A DNA stretch of 64,000 nucleotides from IMG/VR virus record IMGVR_UViG_3300021425_003324, positions 22,417-86,416 of that record; one strand, given 5' to 3'. Positions within the stretch are counted from its first letter, which is position 1. Every line of letters begins with the position of its first letter. Source of the DNA: a virus (Duplodnaviria; Caudoviricetes). Positions 28,196 through 37,839 of the stretch are shown piece by piece. A model generated the notes under the pieces. That model searched no databases. It was not told where the DNA came from and worked only from the letters and a program-made list of their open reading frames with translations. The translations under genes were made by a program, and so were the position numbers.

Positions 28196-28485
28196 TCTTC
28201 AATATCGCCTAATGGTGTAAAATTGGTTAAGACACCGCCATTAATGTTTGGATCGTTTTGCTTAATCTCTTTTTGTGCAATTTCGTTTTCGTCTTGACCT
28301 GCTTCGTATCCTATTTCTACAATTTCACAATTTTTATTAGGATGATTTTCTGCTACCCATTTTTCTGCGTTAGCTCTTGTAACCCATTTTCTAACTTCCT
28401 CATACCCGTCTAAATCTGGATCCCATGTATGCCAAACTTTTACATTTGGATGTTGTGGATGTGGTTTTTTTACTGCGAATGGCAT
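28192..28485 (-). CDS. Hypothetical protein
   Basis: 97 aa, strong SD AAGGAG, end of the minus-strand run. Confidence 0.7.
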   Translation of the reverse strand: MPFAVKKPHPQHPNVKVWHTWDPDLDGYEEVRKWVTRANAEKWVAENHPNKNCEIVEIGYEAGQDENEIAQKEIKQNDPNINGGVLTNFTPLGDIED

Positions 28486-28509
28486 TTTTTTGTTCTCCTT
28501 CTATAAAGA

Positions 28510-29088
28510 TTATTTATCAAAAGTATACCAACCTGTTATTATGTATTTTTCTCCTGTGTAAATAGGATTTCCCCTATGTGGATACATAAAATTAGTTGGA
28601 AATATTAATAATTTTCCTAGTTCTGGTTTAATTTTTTTTCCTTGGTATAAAAATTCAGTCTCTCCGCCTTTGTCTACATCGTTCAAATACAACATATAAT
28701 TTACAACCCTTACACTGCTTCCTATATTTTCAATTTCATTGTGCCACGGATGATATCCTTCATGTGGTAATGTTTTTTGTACACTCATTCCTTTTGCAGA
28801 ATGATCTTGGGCTTGTTTTAGGATAGAATACTTTTCTATGTACTCGTCAAAATAAATTTTATTTAAATTTTCGTAAAAATATCCACACAAATTGTAATCA
28901 TAATGATACATATTTTGGGTATGAGCCCAATCAAAAACAATTCGTTCATCTTGGTTTCGTCGTATGTCATTCAATTTATTTGTAATATTATTTTGCGACA
29001 TTATATTAAAATGTCTAATTATTTCTTCACAATATTCTTGACTATATGCATTTTTATATTCTTCTATTCCGTCATAATTGTCTATCAT
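28510..29088 (-). CDS. 2OG-Fe(II) oxygenase, prolyl-4-hydroxylase-like
   Basis: GYHPWHNE, YLNDVDKGGETEF, IFP...YPHRG, KYIITGW. Confidence 0.9.
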   Translation of the reverse strand: MIDNYDGIEEYKNAYSQEYCEEIIRHFNIMSQNNITNKLNDIRRNQDERIVFDWAHTQNMYHYDYNLCGYFYENLNKIYFDEYIEKYSILKQAQDHSAKGMSVQKTLPHEGYHPWHNEIENIGSSVRVVNYMLYLNDVDKGGETEFLYQGKKIKPELGKLLIFPTNFMYPHRGNPIYTGEKYIITGWYTFDK

Positions 29089-29896
29089 GTATTTCTCTTA
29101 TATATGGTATATACTTTTCTGCTATCAACTCATGCGCACGATAATTGTAGTGTTCATAATCTACTTTTTCTTTTTTTATATTTTTGTATCCGATACTTTC
29201 CAAATAAGTTTCACAATCAAACTTAGCTATGTATGTTTTAGATAGTTTAGTAAAAAAATTTAATGTTTCTTTTGGAATAAAACATTTGTTATTAATATTC
29301 CAAACGTACATAGGCACGTTATTATTGGCGCAAATCATATCGCATACAGCGATATCTTTCATATAATCTTCTTGTTCTAAATGGGTATTTTGATAATGCC
29401 ACATTTGAAAATAAAGATAAGAACTACGTCTAGGATCAGGTTCGGCAATCCAAGGTGCGGTATCTCGTATGTATGGAAACATTGCCCAATCTTCAGGCCC
29501 TGCCTTTATAAAATGTTCCAAATACTTGTTTTTGACACTTAATGAAATACTCCAACGATCAATTAGATCACTGCTTGGATCTTTTTGCAAGAAAAAATCT
29601 ATTGGAAATATTTTTTTGTAATCTAAGTCAGGATTTATCACAACAGGAAATCTACCCCAATATGTGCTCTGTAAAAAAACTTCATCTATATCGTCGTATG
29701 TGTTGAAAGCATGCGCTAGGAACCTAGGGTATGCTCTATTACCTACGCCTGCACTTGCCATAATAACACATTTTTTATTATGTATTTTACTGTAAATTTC
29801 TGCATAATTATTTTTTTGCCATACATTTACAGGTTGATTTAAGTTTGTATTATTATAACCCATTGTATGACTGCAACCAACAAACAGTGTTCTCAT
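29072..29896 (-). CDS. SGNH hydrolase/acyltransferase-like protein
   Basis: FVGCSHTMG at the N-terminus, AGVGN, C-terminal DYEHYN..AH. Confidence 0.6.
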   Translation of the reverse strand: MRTLFVGCSHTMGYNNTNLNQPVNVWQKNNYAEIYSKIHNKKCVIMASAGVGNRAYPRFLAHAFNTYDDIDEVFLQSTYWGRFPVVINPDLDYKKIFPIDFFLQKDPSSDLIDRWSISLSVKNKYLEHFIKAGPEDWAMFPYIRDTAPWIAEPDPRRSSYLYFQMWHYQNTHLEQEDYMKDIAVCDMICANNNVPMYVWNINNKCFIPKETLNFFTKLSKTYIAKFDCETYLESIGYKNIKKEKVDYEHYNYRAHELIAEKYIPYIREIHDRQL

Positions 29897-30441
29897 AAAT
29901 GTTCTATACTAAAATCAATAACTAAAACTTTTCTATTATTTAATGTAGGATAAGCGCCATGCCATACTTTAGAATCCATTACTAATAATAATCCTGGAAA
30001 AGGTGTCCAATACTTAACTTCTATATCTCCTACGTTATTATAACAAAATGCAAAAAAACTTCCTTCATTATTACCTTTTTGTACAGTTTTATCAAAGTAT
30101 AAAACTGTTGTTACTCCAGTTAAACCTTTATTATGATTGTGAATTCCTTTCCAACCATTAACATAATATTCTATACTCCAAGCCATAATAGGATTATTTA
30201 TTAAGTAACTATATTTTTTTATTGTTAAAATATTGTTTACTTCTTTTTTAATAATATTTGTTAATTCTGATATATTAGATAATTCTTGTCCTATTTGATA
30301 TCCATTTACAGTTGTGCTTACACTTGGCGTAACTTTATTTGGTTCATTACTATTAAATAAATTTAAATATTTTTCATAATCAACCCATTTACTTTCTAAA
30401 ATCCAAGAATTATAAAATTCATAAAATATTTTGTTTTCCAT
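29893..30441 (-). CDS. 2OG-Fe(II) oxygenase, HxH type
   Basis: WSIEY, IHNH, TVLYF, VWHGAYP, RKVLV. Confidence 0.75.
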   Translation of the reverse strand: MENKIFYEFYNSWILESKWVDYEKYLNLFNSNEPNKVTPSVSTTVNGYQIGQELSNISELTNIIKKEVNNILTIKKYSYLINNPIMAWSIEYYVNGWKGIHNHNKGLTGVTTVLYFDKTVQKGNNEGSFFAFCYNNVGDIEVKYWTPFPGLLLVMDSKVWHGAYPTLNNRKVLVIDFSIEHL

Positions 30442-31027
30442 TTATTTTTTTTTCTTTGATTGTAAGATTAGCTGATAAAGTAATTCTTGGAACATTTTTA
30501 ACAGGTAGTACATAATGGTTAATCCAACTTGGAAAAACAAGTAGTAAACCTTGTGTTTGATAAGGTGTTATATGATGATATTCCCACCGTTTGAATATCC
30601 TATTTAACCCGCTAGCCTTAATTAAATTAAAATTAGGACATTCGAATACTAATTCGCTTACACCTTCTTTACACTGTAAAAAATATATTAAACTTAGGCT
30701 CCTACCTGGAAAAGTATGATCATGAGGTTCTTGAAATTCATCTTTGTTATAGATATTTGCCCAAAATTCATCACAAATTATTTCAAAATTTGTAATAGGC
30801 TCTAATTGATTTAGAAAATCATGCAATACAGGATTTATAGACTCAAACCATATGTTCCATGGTAGTAAATCATTTTTTTTATTTCTTATAGAAGTCTTGC
30901 TTGTGCCGTAAGACCAACTCGCATCAAAATATGTTTGATCATTGATATAAGGTTTCCATATTTCTAAAATTTCTTCATGATTTTCTATTTGTTTTTCAAA
31001 AAAATAAGATGGAAAAAATGAATGCAT
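30419..31027 (-). CDS. 2OG-Fe(II) oxygenase, HxH type (TIGR02466-like)
   Basis: WANIY, QEPHDH, VFPSWINHYV, RITLSAN. Confidence 0.88.
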   Translation of the reverse strand: MHSFFPSYFFEKQIENHEEILEIWKPYINDQTYFDASWSYGTSKTSIRNKKNDLLPWNIWFESINPVLHDFLNQLEPITNFEIICDEFWANIYNKDEFQEPHDHTFPGRSLSLIYFLQCKEGVSELVFECPNFNLIKASGLNRIFKRWEYHHITPYQTQGLLLVFPSWINHYVLPVKNVPRITLSANLTIKEKKINGKQNIL

Positions 31028-31503
31028 TATTTTACATTAAAAAAGAATACTTGTGTTAATCTACCAGTATTTGCAGAATCGCCAAAACCGGACAAATTAC
31101 TCGAATGCAGTTGATTTGCTTTGTAAAAAATAGCACGGTTAAATTTATTACCTATAGAATCGATTAAATTATTATTCTCAAAGAAATTAGTTCCGCTTTC
31201 AACAGGTGCATTAGGTGTAAGATACAACACACCTGCATAATCGCAGTTATCTGAATGTATCCAACTTTTACTTCCTTCTAGACATAACTGGAAACAAAAA
31301 CTATCCATAACCCATTCTATAATATTAATTCTTAAATTATTTTCTATCTTAAGTTTTATAAACTCTCTATACTGGTAATCAGCTGCTAAACTTCTTTTAC
31401 CCGGAAATGATCCTTCTACAAAAAAATCCAAGTTTAAGGCCTGTTGTCTTACTAGTTCTGGTTTTGGCAAAAAATTATCTATAACAGCAATACTTAATTC
31501 CAT
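31027..31503 (-). CDS. 2OG-Fe(II) oxygenase-like protein (DUF6445-like)
   Basis: VIDNFL..P..VR, FPGKRS, WIHSD, AGVLYL, SGT.F, NKFNR, LHS, RLTQVFF. Confidence 0.8.
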   Translation of the reverse strand: MELSIAVIDNFLPKPELVRQQALNLDFFVEGSFPGKRSLAADYQYREFIKLKIENNLRINIIEWVMDSFCFQLCLEGSKSWIHSDNCDYAGVLYLTPNAPVESGTNFFENNNLIDSIGNKFNRAIFYKANQLHSSNLSGFGDSANTGRLTQVFFFNVK

Positions 31504-32021
31504 TAATTATAATCCATGTAAACATTACCAGATATTGTAGTTCCTTTACCACCAGGTTTTACATAGTGTTCTAAAAAACTTGGAAAAATTATAATTGATC
31601 CTGCCGGCAAATTAGGTCTAAAATCTAATGGAAATTCTAAACAGTTTGTTCCTATATGATTTTGTATATCTTTATAACAGGGATTCATAAAAACTGTATT
31701 AGACACATCTACAGTTTCGTATATTATAAAACTCCAAGCTGCTTTTGGATGAATATGTATATCTTGCCAGTCATTCTCATCATACTTATTCCTCCATATT
31801 TGCCCAAAACTTGGATTCTGTCCTATAAATTTTTCACCTAAATTTTTGACAAAAATTTCTATAAGATATTCAAAAGTTTCATTTGTAATATTGTGTTTTT
31901 CAGTAAAAGTAGTAGGAGTTTCACTTAACCATATCTTTGAAAATTCTTGTTCATCTATTTGAATTTTTTCCAAATCTATTTCGTCTATAAAAATAGGTAT
32001 TGGAAAAATATTATGTACCAT
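31503..32021 (-). CDS. 2OG-Fe(II) oxygenase, HxH type (TIGR02466-like)
   Basis: Start reassigned to in-frame ATG 32021 (MVHNIFPIPIF); QDIHIH, IFPSFLEHYV, TISGN. Confidence 0.85.
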   Translation of the reverse strand: MVHNIFPIPIFIDEIDLEKIQIDEQEFSKIWLSETPTTFTEKHNITNETFEYLIEIFVKNLGEKFIGQNPSFGQIWRNKYDENDWQDIHIHPKAAWSFIIYETVDVSNTVFMNPCYKDIQNHIGTNCLEFPLDFRPNLPAGSIIIFPSFLEHYVKPGGKGTTISGNVYMDYN

Positions 32022-32025
32022 GATA

Positions 32026-32655
32026 TTATTTAGGAGAAGGTAGCGGAATTTTCCGCATGGTTTTGAATACCAGTGTTGCTCGCAAACCTTTATAGTTTTC
32101 ATTTGGTGGTAATCCGTGATGTGGAATATTACCTTTAAATAAAAAAATTCTACCTGGAACTGGTGTGATTTTTTGCCAAGTATTATCTATTTTTATAAGT
32201 GTTTCTCCTCCCCAATGGGTATTCCAATTTTTATTTACATAATATATCCAGCTTATTCCATTATCACATGAACAATCTGTGTGCGGAACAGTGTTGTGTA
32301 TGTATTGTTGCCCATTAATTAATATTTCACCTAACTCTAACTCAAAAGGAATTAAATGTGTAATTGCATTGTAAATCATTTGAAAACAAGAATCATTCGC
32401 AATTGCACTAATTGGAGGATAAATTTGCTGTTTCAAACATGCAACTTCTAGCCACGATTCGTCAGCTCCTATATCATAATTTTTATCTATTGGATAGTTG
32501 CTAGTATGACCATAAAACCAACTGTAAGAATTAAATACTAAATCATGCACATGATTTATAAAATAATTAGGAAATAGATCATCTATAATAATAATTTGAT
32601 CTTGTGATAAATCATAATCATATAAATTTATCATTTCTTGATTGTTAATTATCAT
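32026..32655 (-). CDS. 2OG-Fe(II) oxygenase, prolyl-hydroxylase-like
   Basis: PHTD, YYVN..W...WGGET, PVPGR...F....PHHG, RATLVFK. Confidence 0.88.
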   Translation of the reverse strand: MIINNQEMINLYDYDLSQDQIIIIDDLFPNYFINHVHDLVFNSYSWFYGHTSNYPIDKNYDIGADESWLEVACLKQQIYPPISAIANDSCFQMIYNAITHLIPFELELGEILINGQQYIHNTVPHTDCSCDNGISWIYYVNKNWNTHWGGETLIKIDNTWQKITPVPGRIFLFKGNIPHHGLPPNENYKGLRATLVFKTMRKIPLPSPK

Positions 32656-34435
32656 TTTTTACAGTAATTAATTTTTCATATTCTGGCAAATATAAGTATT
32701 CTATATCACTCTTAGACAATGTAGCTAATGCATCGTCTAAAGTTTCAACTAATGGTTCGCCTGCTAAGTTAAAACTTGTGTTAAATAATATTGGCACTTT
32801 TGTTTCATTATAAAAACATTTTATTAAAGAATAGTAATGAGGATTTTGATCTTCTGTAACAGTTTGTATCCTACAGGTATTATCTACATGTACTATAGAA
32901 GGAATTTGATCTTTTGCATGATCTAAAACATCTACCGCAAACATCATGTGCGGACTTTCTGATAAACTTTTCATATCAAACCAATTAGAGGCGTGTTCTT
33001 TAAGGACTGTTCCAGCAAATGGTCTAAAATATTCTCTTTTTTTGACTTTATTAACAAAATCTTTACCATCTTTAAATCTAGGATCAAAAAGTAAAGATCT
33101 ATTTCCAAGTGCTCTTGGACCGTTTTCACTCCTACCCTGGAAAATAGCAACAATATTTTTTTGTATTAGTAAATTTACAATTTCTAATTCGTTGCAATCA
33201 CTTATTTTTGCACTATATTTTTTTGCAAGTTTTGCAATATTATCTTGTGTATAATTAGTGGGCAACCCGAGATATAAATTGTTACTTACTGTTTTGTTAT
33301 TTGAATTAGTTTTAAGATAATGTATAAAAGCTGCTGCACCAATAGCTGTTCCTGCATCGCTTGATATAGGTTCTACAAACAAAGAAATATCATGTTTTTT
33401 CAACTTATCTAAATAATAATAATTTGCAACACAATTTAATCCATAACCGCCACTTAATACAACATTTTTGTTTCCAGTTAATTCAACTGCATATAGGATT
33501 AATTCTAAAACTTTTTGTTGTGTTTCTTTTTGAACTGCAAATGCTAAATCTTTTCTATTTTGTAACTTTGTTAATTCGTGTAATTCGATATAATTTTCAT
33601 CATATAAAAAAGAGTACGGTTGTGTGTTAATTAAAGCACTGTTAGGATAAGTAGGTATAAATAAATCTTTATTAGCAGTTGGATACAAATCGTTTACAGT
33701 AAAAAAACTAGGAATATTAGGATTTTCAGCTCCATAAGAAGACAAGCCCATTGTTTTTCCAGCTTCAATTGCTTGGAATCCACAATAATTAGTTACTGCT
33801 TCATACATTTTTACTAAGCCGCAAGCAGATTCTATAATGCAAATGTGATTACCTTCTTCTTGGAATTTTGCACTGGACATATCCTCTATATATCGTGTTA
33901 CAAAAGGACCATTTCCGCCTACATGCTTCCATAAAGTTTTAAAATTATTTGGATATTCACATGAAAAGATAGTTTCCAATTCAAATAATAATTCAGACCT
34001 ACCTGTGCCTAAATCAGCTTCTAGGAATGTTCCTGCACCGTCAACTATTACAGCAGTTGCAGATTCAAATCCTGATCTATAGAAAGCACAAGCAGCATGC
34101 AATTTATGATGCATGTTGCTTAAATCTATTACTTGTGGATGCGGTCTACTTTCTGGATAGGTTTCTATTAATCTAAGTTTTCTAGCTAACCCTGTGTACA
34201 CATCATCTCCGGTATAGTCAACCATACCGGCAGTTTCTGAAAGAGGTTGGGTGTGAGCTATTACTAAAAAATCTAAATGATCAGTATAATCTAATATTTT
34301 GGTCATTGCAGCAAAAGGACCGCCGTCGTATTTTTGGCGAGATAATCTTTCTTCTTCAATTGCAAATACAATTTGTCCATTGTGCATTAGACATACACCG
34401 CCGTTATGACCTCTTGTTATTCCTGCTATCCACAT
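32645..34435 (-). CDS. Carbamoyltransferase, CmcH/NodU/TobZ family
   Basis: EEERLSRQK, HHKLHA, VDGAG, AGKTMGLSSYG, SGGYGLNC, DAGTAIGAA, ENGPRALGNRS, KKREYFRPFA, HVDNTCRIQTV, NTSFN. Confidence 0.96.
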   Translation of the reverse strand: MWIAGITRGHNGGVCLMHNGQIVFAIEEERLSRQKYDGGPFAAMTKILDYTDHLDFLVIAHTQPLSETAGMVDYTGDDVYTGLARKLRLIETYPESRPHPQVIDLSNMHHKLHAACAFYRSGFESATAVIVDGAGTFLEADLGTGRSELLFELETIFSCEYPNNFKTLWKHVGGNGPFVTRYIEDMSSAKFQEEGNHICIIESACGLVKMYEAVTNYCGFQAIEAGKTMGLSSYGAENPNIPSFFTVNDLYPTANKDLFIPTYPNSALINTQPYSFLYDENYIELHELTKLQNRKDLAFAVQKETQQKVLELILYAVELTGNKNVVLSGGYGLNCVANYYYLDKLKKHDISLFVEPISSDAGTAIGAAAFIHYLKTNSNNKTVSNNLYLGLPTNYTQDNIAKLAKKYSAKISDCNELEIVNLLIQKNIVAIFQGRSENGPRALGNRSLLFDPRFKDGKDFVNKVKKREYFRPFAGTVLKEHASNWFDMKSLSESPHMMFAVDVLDHAKDQIPSIVHVDNTCRIQTVTEDQNPHYYSLIKCFYNETKVPILFNTSFNLAGEPLVETLDDALATLSKSDIEYLYLPEYEKLITVKNDN

Positions 34436-35440
34436 TTATCTACCTTTAAATGTAAGTTTTGGCAAATCTTTTTTTTGAGTTATTTCTGGTTTTTTTGAAC
34501 TTTTTCCTAGTCTTTTCCTTACACTTGACAAAATATCCTCTATTTGTTTTTTAGATAGCTCCATTGATTCGTCATTAAATCTTTCAATTTCTTCATCGAT
34601 TGAAATTCGAATTGGAGAATATTTGCGTTTATCTTGTCCTACGTCTATAATATCAAAATTTTTGTCGTTTGGATAACTTATGTTAATAGGATACGTAGAT
34701 CCAAGTACAACTGTTGCCGTTTTACCTAATGATTTTACTATATGCTGTCCTAGGCTATCACAGCCTAGGAAGTGATCAGCAATTTCAAGGATAGCTGCCC
34801 AAATTCTAATATCTGGTATTTGAGGTTTTGCAACTGGATATTTTTGTTCTATGTCTTGATTAAAAGAGATAGGAATTTCTGACATTATAATAACAGCATA
34901 TTCTTTCCTAAGTTGATTAATTATATCAACAATATTATCTAATTGAAAACTTCTACTAGTTGAATCTATTATGTAATCTTTTCCTACTGTTTCAACTGAC
35001 CTCCCAAATGGTTGAACGACTAACACTTTATCAAAACCTGTAACTTCTTTCACTTCGTCAATTACACTTGCTGCAGATGTTATTTCCTGCTTGTTAAAAT
35101 AAATTTTAGGTACATGTAAGTCTCGTAGCCCTTTTTTGTTGATTTCTATGTCAAATGCTTGTGCAATATTACATTTTTGGTTGTAATATTCCCAAACTCT
35201 ATATGGCTCTGGGCTCACACAAATGCGATCTTTAATAAAATTTTCAAAAAGTCCTTTGTGCCATACATCGTAAGCTTTGTTGTGTAGGATAGGATGACCT
35301 TTAAAAAAATCAGTGCCAGATTCACAAACTATGATAAAATTGTCTTCAGGATTGTCTTTATAATAATTTTCAAAAGCAGGAATACTTGCTAAGGTCCTTC
35401 CTGCTCCTCCGTTGATAAAAAATGCTGTAGATTTACTCAA
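34436..35440 (-). CDS. Glycosyltransferase, GT9/heptosyltransferase-like GT-B fold
   Basis: INGGAGR..ASIPA, VVQPFG, ADHFLGCDSLGQH.......ATVVLGST; TTG start with GAGG SD. Confidence 0.7.
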   Translation of the reverse strand: MSKSTAFFINGGAGRTLASIPAFENYYKDNPEDNFIIVCESGTDFFKGHPILHNKAYDVWHKGLFENFIKDRICVSPEPYRVWEYYNQKCNIAQAFDIEINKKGLRDLHVPKIYFNKQEITSAASVIDEVKEVTGFDKVLVVQPFGRSVETVGKDYIIDSTSRSFQLDNIVDIINQLRKEYAVIIMSEIPISFNQDIEQKYPVAKPQIPDIRIWAAILEIADHFLGCDSLGQHIVKSLGKTATVVLGSTYPINISYPNDKNFDIIDVGQDKRKYSPIRISIDEEIERFNDESMELSKKQIEDILSSVRKRLGKSSKKPEITQKKDLPKLTFKGR

Positions 35441-35462
35441 ATTACCTCTTATAATTAAAAAT

Positions 35463-35470
35463 TATTTATA
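35463..35470 (-). promoter_or_regulatory. Canonical T4 late promoter TATAAATA heading the enzyme cluster
   Basis: tatttata on +, 22 nt before the GT start. Confidence 0.65.
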
Positions 35471-35493
35471 ATTTTGTAATTTGATAGCAACTA

Positions 35494-36210
35494 TTATAGA
35501 ATTATTGGTCCTTCACCATCCGGTGGTATTTCAGATGCTGGATCAATTGGTTCCATTTTATAAGCAAATTTTACAGGTATACCGGCTGCTTGCATTACAT
35601 TTGGCCAGTCTCTCAATCGCTGACGATAAACTGTAAATTTGTCTTTTAAGCTCTGCGGCATATCATCAGTTACTTCAGCATCACTATTTTTTAATAAACT
35701 TGCTCGTTTAGCTCTAAGATCGTCCCATGTTAGTTCTCTATCAAGCTCAGTTCCAAAGATTGCCCAATCTGTTGATCTTACTTGGAATGTAACATTATCG
35801 TTTTCGTCTACATGCAGAGTCTGTGGATCCCATATATCTCTAGCTACCAATGGAGTTTGATATGTAAAAGTACGGTACCCAGGCACTTCAACCACTCCAG
35901 GAGGTATAACTTCACTTGTATAATCTTCCTCAGCTTCATCAATAACAGGTCCCATTAATTGTCCTATCATTGGATTAGCTATGCAATCTACTTCTACATA
36001 TCTACAATTTAGAGGTAACGGTCTTCCGTCATTTTTCTCTAACTGGGTTAATGGTCCTGCTCCTTGTTTTCCTGTATCATTATCTATTATTAAGAACAAT
36101 TTATCAGGTCCATCATAGGTACATGTTCTTGTTTTACCTTGGCTAAAAGAATGATCAATACAATATTCATTTGGTAATGCTAATTCCCAATCTAGTTCAA
36201 CCATTGCCAT
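35494..36210 (-). CDS. Tail fibre assembly chaperone-like protein
   Basis: C-terminal WDDLRAKRASLLKNSD...YRQRLRDWP, typical of Tfa/tail-assembly chaperones. Confidence 0.75.
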   Translation of the reverse strand: MAMVELDWELALPNEYCIDHSFSQGKTRTCTYDGPDKLFLIIDNDTGKQGAGPLTQLEKNDGRPLPLNCRYVEVDCIANPMIGQLMGPVIDEAEEDYTSEVIPPGVVEVPGYRTFTYQTPLVARDIWDPQTLHVDENDNVTFQVRSTDWAIFGTELDRELTWDDLRAKRASLLKNSDAEVTDDMPQSLKDKFTVYRQRLRDWPNVMQAAGIPVKFAYKMEPIDPASEIPPDGEGPIIL

Positions 36211-36223
36211 AAAATTTTCTCCA

Positions 36224-37036
36224 TTAAAAATATGTTACTTTAACTAAACCGCCACCGCCGGTGCCACCTTGACCACAACAACGGCCACAATAGTTTGAAG
36301 TTGCACTTTGTCCACCAGCTCCATAAGGAACAGTCCAACAACCACATCTTATCCAACAGTAATTTGAATTTTGTTCGTACAATCCATTACTTAAATTCGG
36401 TGCACCTGTGCTATGTCCAATATGTTTCCAGCAATGACAAGTACCGCCAGGATACTGAAAAGCAGCTTGTCCTTGAAAATTACCTTCATGTGTGTACATT
36501 GCCCAATCACCATCTGCACTAGTTCCTACACACCCAGGTCTAATACAATAAGGCATGGTCGAAAAACACCCATCTGTCCAATCTGTATTTGCATATCCTT
36601 GTCCTCCTCCACATGCACACAAATTACTTAAATTATATCCATTTACATAACTTGTACACCCATTACAGGCTGTGCATTCTCTACTAAGACAGCGATAAAC
36701 TCCTGCAGCACAAACTGTGTATGTACAACCTGGAGTTGACCTAATACTCTTGCTCACATATGATCCACCACCAGATGGCTTTGTATGATGACATCTATCA
36801 CAACTACAGGCTCCGTTACCGTTGCCTCCTGCTCCCCACAACTCCCAATTTAATTGACAAACACTGCCTGGAACTGTCCATAGACAACAACAGCCCGGAC
36901 TACACCTATCCGGAGTTCCATAAAACCATTTTGTTGAGTATGTAGATCTAACTCCACTTGATAAGTGTGATGTATCAATAGATTTATCTAAAACTTGATC
37001 ACCATGTAAACGTTTGTAACTCCTGTATGATGCCAT
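36224..37036 (-). CDS. Cys-rich glycine-rich-domain protein 3 (putative fibre tip)
   Basis: 27 Cys in 270 aa by count; CSPGCCCLWTVP, WELWGAGG, CSCDRCHH, CCGQGGTGGGGLVKVTY. Confidence 0.75.
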   Translation of the reverse strand: MASYRSYKRLHGDQVLDKSIDTSHLSSGVRSTYSTKWFYGTPDRCSPGCCCLWTVPGSVCQLNWELWGAGGNGNGACSCDRCHHTKPSGGGSYVSKSIRSTPGCTYTVCAAGVYRCLSRECTACNGCTSYVNGYNLSNLCACGGGQGYANTDWTDGCFSTMPYCIRPGCVGTSADGDWAMYTHEGNFQGQAAFQYPGGTCHCWKHIGHSTGAPNLSNGLYEQNSNYCWIRCGCWTVPYGAGGQSATSNYCGRCCGQGGTGGGGLVKVTYF

Positions 37037-37046
37037 AATATATATC

Positions 37047-37832
37047 CTAAATGTACATTACTTTTACTAATCCACCACCGCCAGTGCCGCCTTGCCCACA
37101 ACAACTACTGCCGCAAAAAGTATTCAAGGCACGCTGACCACCAGTTCCATATGGTACTGCAAAATAACCACATCTAATCCAGCATTGTCTTACTCCTCCA
37201 GAAGAATAACCACCAATTTTTGGAGCTTGGCCTTGATGTATTTCTTGTGGATGACAATGACAATAATCGCTTGCAGTAGACCAGCCTGGTCGGTGTGTAG
37301 CTATGGTCATGTCATTACCATTATGAGTTGGTCCAAAACAATAATTATTTACTCCAAAACATCCAGCATTCCACGCTGTGTTAGCCCTTGCTCTATCACC
37401 GCCGCAAGCACAAAAATTACTAAGGTTGTATCCGTTTACATAAGTTGTGCATCCGTTGTAGTATGCTTCGCATTCTCTACTAAGACAGCGATATACTCCA
37501 GCAGCACATACTGAGTATTGACACCCTTGTACTGTGCTAATTGTTTTTGCAGAGTATGTACCTCCCATTGCAGCCTGGAAATGATGACATCTATTACAAC
37601 TGCATGCACCAGCACCATTACCACCTGCACCCCATAATTCCCACTGTAATCTTTGTACCTGTGTAGGTACAGTCCATAAACAGCAGCAACCTGGAGAACA
37701 AAAACCTAATAAACCATAAAACCATTTTACACCAAATGTGTGTAATGTAGTGTCATTAAATTTATTATCTGCTATAGTTTCATCGTAAAATTGATCACCA
37801 TTTACTTTTTTATAACTTGCATATGTTGCCAT
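37047..37832 (-). CDS. Cys-rich glycine-rich-domain protein 2
   Basis: Full-length paralogue with the same Cys/His motifs. Confidence 0.75.
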   Translation of the reverse strand: MATYASYKKVNGDQFYDETIADNKFNDTTLHTFGVKWFYGLLGFCSPGCCCLWTVPTQVQRLQWELWGAGGNGAGACSCNRCHHFQAAMGGTYSAKTISTVQGCQYSVCAAGVYRCLSRECEAYYNGCTTYVNGYNLSNFCACGGDRARANTAWNAGCFGVNNYCFGPTHNGNDMTIATHRPGWSTASDYCHCHPQEIHQGQAPKIGGYSSGGVRQCWIRCGYFAVPYGTGGQRALNTFCGSSCCGQGGTGGGGLVKVMYI

Positions 37833-37839
37833 AATATCC

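Noticed and set aside
28510-35440. Confident call as a DNA hypermodification locus
   Set aside because: No methyltransferase, TET/JBP-type or hydroxymethylase gene is visible here and the context is late and structural; kept only as an alternative hypothesis.
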